In this document: positions 39,781-48,737 of the stretch, piece after piece
How positions within the stretch are numbered: position 1 is the stretch's first letter
How the letters are laid out: each line of letters starts with the position of its first letter
DNA from: an uncultured Candidatus Saccharimonadales bacterium
Lineage (GTDB): Bacteria; Patescibacteriota; Saccharimonadia; UBA4664
Assembly: GCA_964609585.1 (NCBI GenBank)
Contig: CAZSRA010000006.1
Location: 3,184 to 67,183 of the forward strand
Reading direction: 5' to 3'
DNA: 64,000 bases
Notes under the pieces: model-generated
Told to the model about the DNA's origin: nothing
What the model saw: only the letters and a program-made list of their open reading frames with translations
Database searches by the model: none
Made by a program: the position numbers and the translations under genes

Positions 39781-40820
39781 CGAGATCGAAGTCGATAAAA
39801 AACATATTTGAGGGCTTTCTTTGGTTTCTTTACACCCTTCTTAACTAAGATTAAATAATCTGCCATCTTGTGGTTCGATTTAATGGTGAGGGCGCTAAGC
39901 TTTTTGGCTTTTTCTAAAATATGGAGCTCTTGTTCAAGCTTAACGTCGATGTCGCGCGACGCCGATATAAGTCTACTGTATCGTGAGTCAATTTCATTAC
40001 TGAGAAGCTGAATAGCCCGCTGCTTGTATTCATTCGCAAGATCATTCTTATTAATACCTTGGGTGTATTCACCCCGAGAGTGTATCTTTAGGTGATTGTC
40101 AGTGTAGACAACGTAAAACTGACGATATGTCGGCTCAGTGAAGTCACCCATGGAAAACAAATTGTTATTGTAAAATTCGTTTAGATCAGCGATCTTATTG
40201 TGGTCTACGGTAACTGCCGTGGGGAGCATATTCAAAACAAGCGAGGGGAGCCAGATGTCGAGACGATTACTGCCAAAACAACTGTATTTAAGGCCAAGGC
40301 TTTGAATAGTCGATTCGATTTCGGCAGACCGGGGCCGGCCAATGGCTTCATGCTCCGTAAGCCAAGGGTGGGCCTTTCCCGTTAACTCCTTATGGAAGTT
40401 GTTCGCTCGCTGCTCGGCTTGCGCCACAGCCCCAGATTCGAAGGGAGCCGCAATAACAACCAAACGGCGAGCTAAACGAACGGCCTCTTGAATAAAGGCC
40501 TCCTTGCGGTCGGCAGAAATATGTTCGAGGGTATCTGTTGAGACAACCGCATCGTACGAATGGTTGGCGAGACCGGTTTTAACGGCATCTCCCTGGATGT
40601 AGCGATAGTTTTGAGGTTTTTCGTCCGGTAAGATGTCTAAGACCGTGAGTTCATAGGGAAGCTTTTTGTCGCGGAAGATTTCCCAGATATAGCTGCCTCT
40701 TCCCCCCAATTCGAGGATTTTTGAAGGCTGGGAACCGAGGTGCAACTCGAGAATTCGCGCTAGTAGGATGTAGCGCGAATAACTTTCTGGCGACATCTGG
40801 AGATACCAAGGATTTGCCAT
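39777..40820 (-). CDS. class I SAM-dependent methyltransferase with C-terminal coiled-coil tail
   Basis: Motif I ILELGGRGSY, motif II/III DAVVSTDTLEHI, then a long helical heptad region (...RDIDVKLEQELHILEKAKKLSALTI...). Confidence 0.5.
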   Translation of the reverse strand: MANPWYLQMSPESYSRYILLARILELHLGSQPSKILELGGRGSYIWEIFRDKKLPYELTVLDILPDEKPQNYRYIQGDAVKTGLANHSYDAVVSTDTLEHISADRKEAFIQEAVRLARRLVVIAAPFESGAVAQAEQRANNFHKELTGKAHPWLTEHEAIGRPRSAEIESTIQSLGLKYSCFGSNRLDIWLPSLVLNMLPTAVTVDHNKIADLNEFYNNNLFSMGDFTEPTYRQFYVVYTDNHLKIHSRGEYTQGINKNDLANEYKQRAIQLLSNEIDSRYSRLISASRDIDVKLEQELHILEKAKKLSALTIKSNHKMADYLILVKKGVKKPKKALKYVFYRLRSR

Positions 40821-40864
40821 ATGCTAATCTTAGCAAATCCCAACGGCTGGTACCGGATCATGTT

Positions 40865-42808
40865 ATGCTCCAACTAGCTATGAAACTCCCTTTATTTCTT
40901 AAAAATTTGTGGACTTTTCCGATACTTTTGTTTGTCTTGGTCTGCGGCTTGGCTTTATTCAGAATATCCGGAAGCTCAATTGGAGTGTACGAGCAAATCC
41001 TTAACGGTTCATCAAGCTCGGACAAAAATCTTATTTGGGGTAAGCCTCGTGGCATCCGATCCGACGAGGCGGCTATCGTAACTCAACTTACCATTTCCCA
41101 GGCAAGGACCGACTTTAAGCGAGTGAATCCATTGGTAGGCCTGGGCGAAGATATGTCGGTAATTGGGGATTTTCCATATCGCGAATGGTCAGAGTTTTTT
41201 AAGCCCCAGAATTGGGCATTTTTTGTACTGCCACTAGAGCAAGCTTTTGCTTTTAAGTGGTGGTTTCTGGGTTGGACGCTCATCACAAGCTGCTATATCC
41301 TTCTCCAAACTTTGCTTCCAGAGAGGCGAAGATTCAATATTCTACTGTCGCTTTCGGTATTTTTTACACCCTTCATACAGTGGTGGTATCAATCAATTAC
41401 GATCTTATCGCTAGCATATGGGTTTTTGATCTGTGCGTTATTAATACACCTGACAAAACCTGGGAGGAGGCGGACCCGGCTACTGCTGACTGGGGCACTA
41501 GTATACGTCTTAATTGCGTTTGCGCTACTTTTATACCCTCCTTTTCAAATAGCTTGCTTGCTTGGAATAGTGGCTGTGTATTTCGGATGTTTGTTGGCTC
41601 GCGGCGGATCAGCTAAGCACTGGGTACAGGGCCTGAAATGGCCGGTAGCGGCAAGTCTGGTAGCAATGGCGGTGATCGGAATATTCTTTTTTACTCGACT
41701 ACCAATTATTAATGCAATAACCGGAACGAGTTACCCCGGCCATAGAGTGGTGGCGAGTGGTGGGTTTAAGGTTGGTCACTTTTTCTCAGGACCTTTTTTG
41801 GGGGTAATGCAGTCGGATAAGCTGGCAGAGCATTACGATATGAATCAAAGTGAGGCGTCGAATTTTATAATGCTCTGGCCCGTGCTGCTCATTCCAAGCC
41901 TGTATATTATCCTCAAGCGTCGCGAACACAAACAACCACCGCCGTATATGCTTCTTGCGATAAATGCAATGCTTATGGTAATGGCGGCTCGGATTTTCCT
42001 GCCGATGCCTATGGTTCTGGCTAAAGTTTTGCTGCTAGCATCAGTACCACATCAGCGCCTTTTTGTAGGCATGGGGCTTTTGGGCATTGTACAGATTGGA
42101 TTACTAGCCCGTGAAAAACTTGTGACGTTGCCCCACTGGGTGGTAATGACTACAAGCTTTTTGGCGCTTGGGCTATTCCTGATTGTAGGAATCCACCTAC
42201 GCCATCTGTTTCCTGGGCTTTTGCCCCATCGCTGGATGATTTATGTGCCATGTTTGGTGGTGGCGGTGTCGGTGTGGGGTCTACTATCAAGGCGACCAGA
42301 AATAGGTGCAGCGGGGCTTTTGCTGATTGGCCTTGGGACAAGCGCAATGATAAACCCACTTTACCGGGGACTATCACCGATTATAGACAGTAAACTTAGT
42401 CGGGCATTGCAGCAAATGCCCAATACGCATGATGGGTCCGAATGGATACTTCTTGGTGGGGGTTCATTTACTAATTATTTACCAGCCCAAGGCATCCCCT
42501 CCTACTCCACCACATATCTGTATCCTCAGCTTGATTTATGGCATCGATATGATCCTTCGGGGAGATACAGTGCGGCCTATAACCGCTACGCCAATATGGG
42601 TTTTGTGATCAATCCAGACATTCCGCAATTTGCGTCTGGGAGTGCCGATAGTTTTGTGATCCGATATGATCCATGCGACATGCGATTTGCCGACATCAAA
42701 CACGTAATGGCGGTAGCGCCGACCGCATCGGCTTGTCTTCGGGAAACAAACCAAGTACACGAACCAAATGTGACCTTCTATCTCTACGATGCGACTCCAG
42801 CTCATTAG
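40865..42808 (+). CDS. large polytopic membrane protein of unknown function
   Basis: About 648 aa with many TM helices. Start moved to the in-frame ATG giving MLQLAMKLPLF, which avoids the overlap with the convergent methyltransferase gene. Confidence 0.4.
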   Translation: MLQLAMKLPLFLKNLWTFPILLFVLVCGLALFRISGSSIGVYEQILNGSSSSDKNLIWGKPRGIRSDEAAIVTQLTISQARTDFKRVNPLVGLGEDMSVIGDFPYREWSEFFKPQNWAFFVLPLEQAFAFKWWFLGWTLITSCYILLQTLLPERRRFNILLSLSVFFTPFIQWWYQSITILSLAYGFLICALLIHLTKPGRRRTRLLLTGALVYVLIAFALLLYPPFQIACLLGIVAVYFGCLLARGGSAKHWVQGLKWPVAASLVAMAVIGIFFFTRLPIINAITGTSYPGHRVVASGGFKVGHFFSGPFLGVMQSDKLAEHYDMNQSEASNFIMLWPVLLIPSLYIILKRREHKQPPPYMLLAINAMLMVMAARIFLPMPMVLAKVLLLASVPHQRLFVGMGLLGIVQIGLLAREKLVTLPHWVVMTTSFLALGLFLIVGIHLRHLFPGLLPHRWMIYVPCLVVAVSVWGLLSRRPEIGAAGLLLIGLGTSAMINPLYRGLSPIIDSKLSRALQQMPNTHDGSEWILLGGGSFTNYLPAQGIPSYSTTYLYPQLDLWHRYDPSGRYSAAYNRYANMGFVINPDIPQFASGSADSFVIRYDPCDMRFADIKHVMAVAPTASACLRETNQVHEPNVTFYLYDATPAH

Positions 42809-42877
42809 ATTGCCTGGATAATCTGGGTGACGGTATTATACTTAAGGTAGCTACCAAGTAATTGGATATTATTTTTC

Positions 42878-43435
42878 ATGTCTATCGATAAAAAAGTTGA
42901 CCTCCGAAAACGAAAAATTTTAATCACTGTAACGATCTTAGTTATATTTATTTTTGGTGGGATTGCCTTGACTGTTTATTACCACCAAACTAACCGTGCA
43001 ACAACCACGAAACCAACTGATTTTTATCCAAAATCGGAAGATAACAAAAAGGTTACCCCACCCACCACGCCGACACCCAATAGCCCAACCCCCACGATCG
43101 CCCCCACGACTGCACCACAGACTAGTAATGACAGCAAAATTACTATTGCATCACCAACTCAGGGCGGCATTGTATCAGATGGCACTCAAGTGTCGGGGAT
43201 AGCGGACACTTCCTCGAATGTGCTTTACTACCGCCTGAAGGGCGGTGCGACAGGCCAAATAGCTAGTGGACAAATTGGCATTACGCCAAATCAATCCAGT
43301 CCTTATTCGTTTAAACTGGGATTCACAAATAGTGTGAGCAAGGGTGGCGATCAGGGCGAACTCGAAGTATATACACTCAACGCAAATGGGGTGGCCGACA
43401 GTATCGCAAGCGTGGCAGTAAATATTCAGGAGTGA
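42878..43435 (+). CDS. membrane-anchored Pro/Thr-linker protein with Ig-like (Gmad2-like) domain
   Basis: TM helix, TPPTTPTPNSPTPTIAPTTAPQT linker, then a beta-rich domain ITIASPTQGGIVSDGTQVSGIADTSSNVLYYRL...GELEVYT. Confidence 0.35.
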   Translation: MSIDKKVDLRKRKILITVTILVIFIFGGIALTVYYHQTNRATTTKPTDFYPKSEDNKKVTPPTTPTPNSPTPTIAPTTAPQTSNDSKITIASPTQGGIVSDGTQVSGIADTSSNVLYYRLKGGATGQIASGQIGITPNQSSPYSFKLGFTNSVSKGGDQGELEVYTLNANGVADSIASVAVNIQE

Positions 43436-43439
43436 GCTT

Positions 43440-45704
43440 ATGATAAATCTTATGAAACGATCTGGACTGGGTTTAATCATTCTCATGGGTGTCTTCGTGC
43501 CCGTCGCAGCACACGGCTACGCCAATACCCCTCCGATTAACGACAGCTACAATAATCGGATTATCGATGATTCCATTTTCTTGAATGCCGGCTCTATGTC
43601 CGCCCAACAAATACAAGCTTTTCTTAACAGCAAGGTACCTTCTTGCGATACCAATCACCAGGGTGGGCTCTCCCAATATCCCCCGCCATATACCTGTCTA
43701 CGCGACTATATAGACCCAACCACTCAAAAATCGGCAGCGCAGCTTATATACGACGAGGCTACAAGCGTCGGTCTAAATCCACAAGTAATCTTGGTGACAT
43801 TGGAGAAGGAACAGGGGCTTGTATCGGACACTTGGCCCTATCCGAGCCAATATCGGTCGGCTATGGGTTACGGCTGCCCCGAATCGCAAAGCGTGTGTGA
43901 TTCGCAATATTATGGATTTTATAATCAGGTGCATCTTGGGGCGCGATTGCTCAGGGCGGGTGCGGCACGTGATTGTGGTGATACCACAACCTTATCAAGC
44001 TGGAGCATTGCGGGTAAATGGGGCCTCGGCAATAGTCCGATTGTTGATGGCAAATCAACCTACTTAGCCTCTTGTGCGACCGGCTCGCTCTACAACTACA
44101 CGCCTCATCGCCCCGATAGCGCCTACACTTTGGCGGCGGACGGGAACTATTACTATGGGAACTATAATTTCATTAAATATTGGACTACTTGGTTTGGTCC
44201 AACGGTGAGAGCCTATCTGGGACGAAGCGTCTCGAGTCCGCAGGTGTACCTCATAAATGATAGCGACAAGTATCCCATAAATACTGTGGATATTCTTAAT
44301 ACGTATGCCGCTTATGGCCCGGTACAGACCTTTAATGACGGCTTTATAGCCAGTCTAAACCCGAGGGCGACCCTGGATAGAGTTGTGGTTGGTCCCAATG
44401 GCACGGTGTATTTGCTAGATAGTGGCAATAAGATTCCATTTGGCAGTTGTAGTTTGCTGAGCGATTATGGTGGCAGCTGTGCTTCGGTGGTGAATTTGCC
44501 TCAAAATGTACTGGACGGCTTTGTGAGCGCGCCCCTAGCAACGAACGTAGTTCGTTCTCCAAATGGAAGCATTTATGAGATGGAGGCCGGCAAAAAGCGA
44601 GCTGTCCCAGATATGCCCACCTATACGGGTTCTGGCTTATCTTCCACCCCAACTACCGGTCTGGGAACTGCTCTAGTGAACGCTTTTCCACTGGGAGCCC
44701 CCATTCTTTTAGATAAGGTCGTGGTTCAAAACCGAGACAACGGCACTGCTTATCTTTATCTTGGTGGCGTAATCCGACCAGCTACCTATTTAGGCTATGT
44801 AAACTGGCATCTGGATGCACTACCGTTTTATAGCTTTACGGGCGTACAGGTAAATCAGCTCACTTCTGGCGCGCTGATTACTACCTACGCTCAAGATTCA
44901 AATAATGTTAAATTTTTGCTCAACAATCGGCAGAAATTACCGCTGGGATCCAATGCGGTCAATTGGAGCAACAGCTATACTCAACTGACGGATGCCCTAT
45001 TGAATAATATTCCCACAGGTTCCGCCCCCTCTCGAGCAATCAAAGGCAGTGGCTCAAGCATTTGGTATGTAGACAGTACGCAGAAACGACCTTTTGCGGG
45101 CTGGGAAGGGTTTATAAACTCGGGCTTCACTGGCAGTAATGATGCCTCGATGATCGATGACGACACTATTGCCGGGCTACCATCTGGGCCACTTAAGTTG
45201 GGCTCTCTGCAGCTCATAAAGCAAGCGGGTAACGCAAGCGTGGCTGTGGTTGATGGTGACGGAGCTAAGTTGCTCTCTTCGCCACAAATCGCTGATTGCT
45301 TTGGTATCAGTTTAGCCAATGTTCATACTATAGACGCAACGACTTGGAACCTCTATAATCCCACCGGTATTCTTAGCCAGCTTGTTACCGATGGCTCGAA
45401 TGACTTTTTGATAGACAGGGGTGTGAAACATTTGTTTCCGAGTGGCCTTCTGTCAAGTTACGGATATTCTGGTGCGAATTTTCAAGCCGTACAGCCGTTA
45501 ACGCTCAACCCATTTAGTAGTGGACCTGCGGTAACCGCTTTCGTAAGGGGCGACAACGGGACCATATATCATATCGAGAACGGCACAAAACGCGCCTATT
45601 CTTCTTGGGGGGGCTACTTGAGTGCGGGTGGGACTAGTTCAAATACTATTGCGCTATCCGACTTCTACTTGGCTAATCTACCGAACGGCAGCAATCTTCC
45701 CTAA
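43440..45704 (+). CDS. secreted Cys-containing N-terminal domain protein with about nine 55 aa surface repeats
   Basis: Signal peptide MKRSGLGLIILMGVFVPVAAHG. N-terminal domain with several Cys pairs. From about residue 250, repeated units of the type VYLLDSGNKIPF / IYEMEAGKKRAV / IWYVDSTQKRPF / IYHIENGTKRAY. Confidence 0.5.
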   Translation: MINLMKRSGLGLIILMGVFVPVAAHGYANTPPINDSYNNRIIDDSIFLNAGSMSAQQIQAFLNSKVPSCDTNHQGGLSQYPPPYTCLRDYIDPTTQKSAAQLIYDEATSVGLNPQVILVTLEKEQGLVSDTWPYPSQYRSAMGYGCPESQSVCDSQYYGFYNQVHLGARLLRAGAARDCGDTTTLSSWSIAGKWGLGNSPIVDGKSTYLASCATGSLYNYTPHRPDSAYTLAADGNYYYGNYNFIKYWTTWFGPTVRAYLGRSVSSPQVYLINDSDKYPINTVDILNTYAAYGPVQTFNDGFIASLNPRATLDRVVVGPNGTVYLLDSGNKIPFGSCSLLSDYGGSCASVVNLPQNVLDGFVSAPLATNVVRSPNGSIYEMEAGKKRAVPDMPTYTGSGLSSTPTTGLGTALVNAFPLGAPILLDKVVVQNRDNGTAYLYLGGVIRPATYLGYVNWHLDALPFYSFTGVQVNQLTSGALITTYAQDSNNVKFLLNNRQKLPLGSNAVNWSNSYTQLTDALLNNIPTGSAPSRAIKGSGSSIWYVDSTQKRPFAGWEGFINSGFTGSNDASMIDDDTIAGLPSGPLKLGSLQLIKQAGNASVAVVDGDGAKLLSSPQIADCFGISLANVHTIDATTWNLYNPTGILSQLVTDGSNDFLIDRGVKHLFPSGLLSSYGYSGANFQAVQPLTLNPFSSGPAVTAFVRGDNGTIYHIENGTKRAYSSWGGYLSAGGTSSNTIALSDFYLANLPNGSNLP
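44187..45704 (+). repeat. tandem degenerate 55-60 aa coding repeats, the same family as the C-terminal repeats of the beta-helix protein
   Basis: Recurrent x-G-T/S-hydrophobic-Y-hydrophobic-hydrophobic-D/E-x-G-x-K-R motif with an aromatic/Gly tail. The C-terminal repeats at 26004..26720 (minus) share the core V-Y-hydrophobic-I-acidic, then a K-R-x-hydrophobic motif (PNVYVIDQTGPASWVKRLI, PTVYLIENSQKRLV). Confidence 0.5.
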
Positions 45705-45817
45705 AGGAAGCGGCGATAGGGTTTTTTACCAGGCTCGAATTTGCTATGATTATATCTTGAAATAAATACTCAAAATAACACGGTATGTCTCACTAAATTA
45801 ATTGCTGTGGGGTTGAG

Positions 45818-47023
45818 TTGCTTCGTAAAATCAAGATCGCCACCACCATTCTCCGCGATAGTGGTCCAAAATTGCTCGCACATCGACTGAAGCGCTACGC
45901 GGGGAAACGATTGTTTGGCTGGCAAAAGCTGGTTTTATCGGTTGGTATTTCGGATGTCATAGCGGCTGATTGGACTAAACCTCCAGCTCGCCTGCCCGGG
46001 CGATCTAAATCTGGCACTTTAACCATCCACTGGGTGGTACCCCCGGCGGGTATTGGCTCAGGGGGGCATTTAAATATTTTTCGGTTTGTGCGCTTTTTGG
46101 AAGCTCAAGGCCATACATGCCGGGTGTTTTACTATGATCCGAATAACCACCACACCCAAACAGAGGCCGATGCCATCATTAAGCACTTCCCGACAATGAA
46201 GGCCCCAATTCAACTGGGGCTAGCAGGGGCCGAAGACTGTGATGCGGTATTTGCGACCTCCTGGCAGACAGCCTACCCCGTCTTTAATCTAAGGACACGA
46301 GCGAAGAAATTTTATTTTGTTCAAGATTATGAGCCTTTCTTTTACCCAACCTCAAGCGAAAGTATTTTGGCTGAAAATACGTATAGATTTGGCTTTTACG
46401 GTATAACTGCCGGGCGGTGGCTGACCGAAAAACTTAAGAGTGATTTTGGAATGCCTTGCGACTTTTACGACTTTGGGTCCGATGCTGGTCGCTATCACTT
46501 TACGAATACTCAAAAACGCAAACAAATTTTCTTTTATGCCCGACCAGTGACCCCCCGACGAGGTTTTGAGTTGGGAGTTTTAGCGCTTGAGCTGTTTCAT
46601 AAGAAGCACCCTGAGTACGAAATTCATTTTGCCGGCTGGGATACGGGTGAATTTAAGCTAGATTTCCCGTTTGTTAATCATGCAGTAATGAAGCTTGATG
46701 AACTTGACGAGCTCTATAACCAGTGCGCTGCGGCTTTGGTGATATCACTTACGAACATGTCTTTGCTGCCTCTTGAGTTGCTGTCGGCGGGTTGCATACC
46801 AGTGGTGAACGACGCACCCAATAATCGCCTTGTGAGCGACAACCCCTATATTTCCTATACCCCCCCTTCGCCACAAGCGATGGCCGATGCATTGAGCGCG
46901 ATAGTGGAGCGCGAAGAGCAGATAGAGTATGCCCGCAAAGCTTCCAAGAGTGCTCAGGCTTTGTCCTGGGAGGACTCTGGTAAGAAATTTGAGGCTATTT
47001 TGAGGCGAGAACTCCATGTCTAA
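45818..47023 (+). CDS. glycosyltransferase (GT4/WsaF-like, putative rhamnosyltransferase)
   Basis: C-terminal GT-B signature ...LPLELLSAGCIPVVND.... TTG start in the track. Confidence 0.5.
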   Translation: MLRKIKIATTILRDSGPKLLAHRLKRYAGKRLFGWQKLVLSVGISDVIAADWTKPPARLPGRSKSGTLTIHWVVPPAGIGSGGHLNIFRFVRFLEAQGHTCRVFYYDPNNHHTQTEADAIIKHFPTMKAPIQLGLAGAEDCDAVFATSWQTAYPVFNLRTRAKKFYFVQDYEPFFYPTSSESILAENTYRFGFYGITAGRWLTEKLKSDFGMPCDFYDFGSDAGRYHFTNTQKRKQIFFYARPVTPRRGFELGVLALELFHKKHPEYEIHFAGWDTGEFKLDFPFVNHAVMKLDELDELYNQCAAALVISLTNMSLLPLELLSAGCIPVVNDAPNNRLVSDNPYISYTPPSPQAMADALSAIVEREEQIEYARKASKSAQALSWEDSGKKFEAILRRELHV

Positions 47024-47960
47024 GTGTTTGGTGTTAGGGGCGACTGGATTTATTGGTGCTCATTTGGTAGATGAATTGCTGCAAGCCGGCCACGAGGTGC
47101 GGGCTTTCGACAGGACGAAGCGAGAGGGAGCACAAACCTCAATTGAAGAGCGGCCGAATTTAACGATTTTTCGAGGCGACTTTCTAAATCGCAATGATCT
47201 CGATGCGGCCCTCGAGGGTATCGAATACGTTTTTCACTTTATCTCAACGACAACGCCAGCAACCTCGGCGAAAAGTCCGCTGCTCGATATAGATACAAAT
47301 CTTAAGATGAGTGTTGAGCTCATGGGGTTATGCGTCAAACACAAGGTTAAGCGCCTCATATTTCCATCAACGGGCGGCGCTATTTACGGCCAGAGCTTGT
47401 CGAGACCGATCACTGAACAAGACTTAACCGAGCCAGTGTCTCCGTACGCGATTGGCAAGTTGGCTATTGAGGGCTATTTACGCTATTTTAGGCAAACACA
47501 TGATTTGGATTATTTAACTCTGCGTGTTTCCAACCCCTACGGTATTGGACAGAATTTGACCGGGAATCAGGGGGTAATTCCAATATTTCTAAACTTAATC
47601 CAACAAAACCGGCCCATCATAGTATTTGGTGATGGCAACGGTATGCGGGATTACATTTATATCACTGACCTTGTCGGAATGATTATGAAGGTATTTAATA
47701 AGCCCACAAAATACCAAACCTATAACCTCGGTGCCGGAACTGGACTGACCCTTGGGCGGATGATTGGCTATATGGAAGAAATTACCGGCAAGAAGGCGGA
47801 AGTTCGCTATCAGCCCAAGCGTCCAACGGATATCGAGAGCGTGGTATTGGATATTAATCGATACCGTGAAGAGTTTGGCGAACCAGATTTAACAAGCCTA
47901 AAGGACGGTATCGCCAAAACGTGGGATTATGTATTGTCTAAGGCCGAGGAGTCAAAATAA
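47016..47960 (+). CDS. NAD-dependent epimerase/dehydratase (extended SDR)
   Basis: LVLGATGFIGAHLV, YAIGKLAIE (YxxxK). Confidence 0.75.
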   Translation: MSKCLVLGATGFIGAHLVDELLQAGHEVRAFDRTKREGAQTSIEERPNLTIFRGDFLNRNDLDAALEGIEYVFHFISTTTPATSAKSPLLDIDTNLKMSVELMGLCVKHKVKRLIFPSTGGAIYGQSLSRPITEQDLTEPVSPYAIGKLAIEGYLRYFRQTHDLDYLTLRVSNPYGIGQNLTGNQGVIPIFLNLIQQNRPIIVFGDGNGMRDYIYITDLVGMIMKVFNKPTKYQTYNLGAGTGLTLGRMIGYMEEITGKKAEVRYQPKRPTDIESVVLDINRYREEFGEPDLTSLKDGIAKTWDYVLSKAEESK

Positions 47961-48736
47961 TGCACTATAAAGACTTGATCCGCGAGCTAGCCGTAACGGA
48001 TTTTAAGCTCAAATACCAAGGATCGGTATTGGGGTATTTGTGGTCGTTTGCGAAGCCACTTATGCTTTTTGGGGTACTGTATGTGGTGTTTACGAAGTTT
48101 GTGCCACTAGGTAAAGGCATTGAGCACTGGCCGCTTTACCTTCTGCTTGGTATCGTCCTATGGAGCTATTTTACTGATTCAACAATGGCAGCTATGAGCT
48201 CAATTGTTGATCGCTCGGACCTTATTCGTAAGGTGTATTTTCCACGTATAGTGATCGTGATTGCGGCCAGCATCAGCTCACTCATTACTTTAGTGCTAAA
48301 CCTGATGGTGATTTTGGTATTTATGATTGTGGCGCGGGTTCATGCCCACCTTTCATTTCCACTATTTGGGCTTTTAGTGGTAGAGCTCTATATTTTGTCG
48401 CTGGGATGCTCTCTTTTGCTCTCGGCTTTGTATGTAAAGTTTCGCGACTTCCGGCACATTTGGGAGGTAGCTTTGCAAATTCTATTCTATGCTTCAGCGA
48501 TTATTTATCCCCTGAACTTCTTGCCATCGCGAGCAGTGCCCTTTTTGCTTCTTAACCCGGTGGCTCAGATTATCCAAGATTCACGGTGGCTCTTGATTAC
48601 CCACCAAGCGATCACGCCCGCCATGAAGGTGTGGGCGCCCTGGGTGTTTATTCCTTATGTTTTGCCGCTCGTGATTCTGGGGATTGGCTACAGCTATTTC
48701 AACCGCGCGGCAGCGGCATTTGCGGAGGAGATCTAG
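47960..48736 (+). CDS. wzm: ABC-2 type polysaccharide exporter permease (Wzm/TagG/KpsM-like)
   Basis: 258 aa with six TM helices. It sits immediately upstream of a Wzt-like ATPase. Confidence 0.75.
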   Translation: MHYKDLIRELAVTDFKLKYQGSVLGYLWSFAKPLMLFGVLYVVFTKFVPLGKGIEHWPLYLLLGIVLWSYFTDSTMAAMSSIVDRSDLIRKVYFPRIVIVIAASISSLITLVLNLMVILVFMIVARVHAHLSFPLFGLLVVELYILSLGCSLLLSALYVKFRDFRHIWEVALQILFYASAIIYPLNFLPSRAVPFLLLNPVAQIIQDSRWLLITHQAITPAMKVWAPWVFIPYVLPLVILGIGYSYFNRAAAAFAEEI

Positions 48737-48737
48737 C

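Noticed and set aside
40721-40864. Upstream extension of the third membrane-protein ORF overlapping the convergent methyltransferase gene
   Set aside because: The hydrophobic core of the protein starts at MLQLAMKLPLF (40865). The extension is antisense to a well-supported gene.
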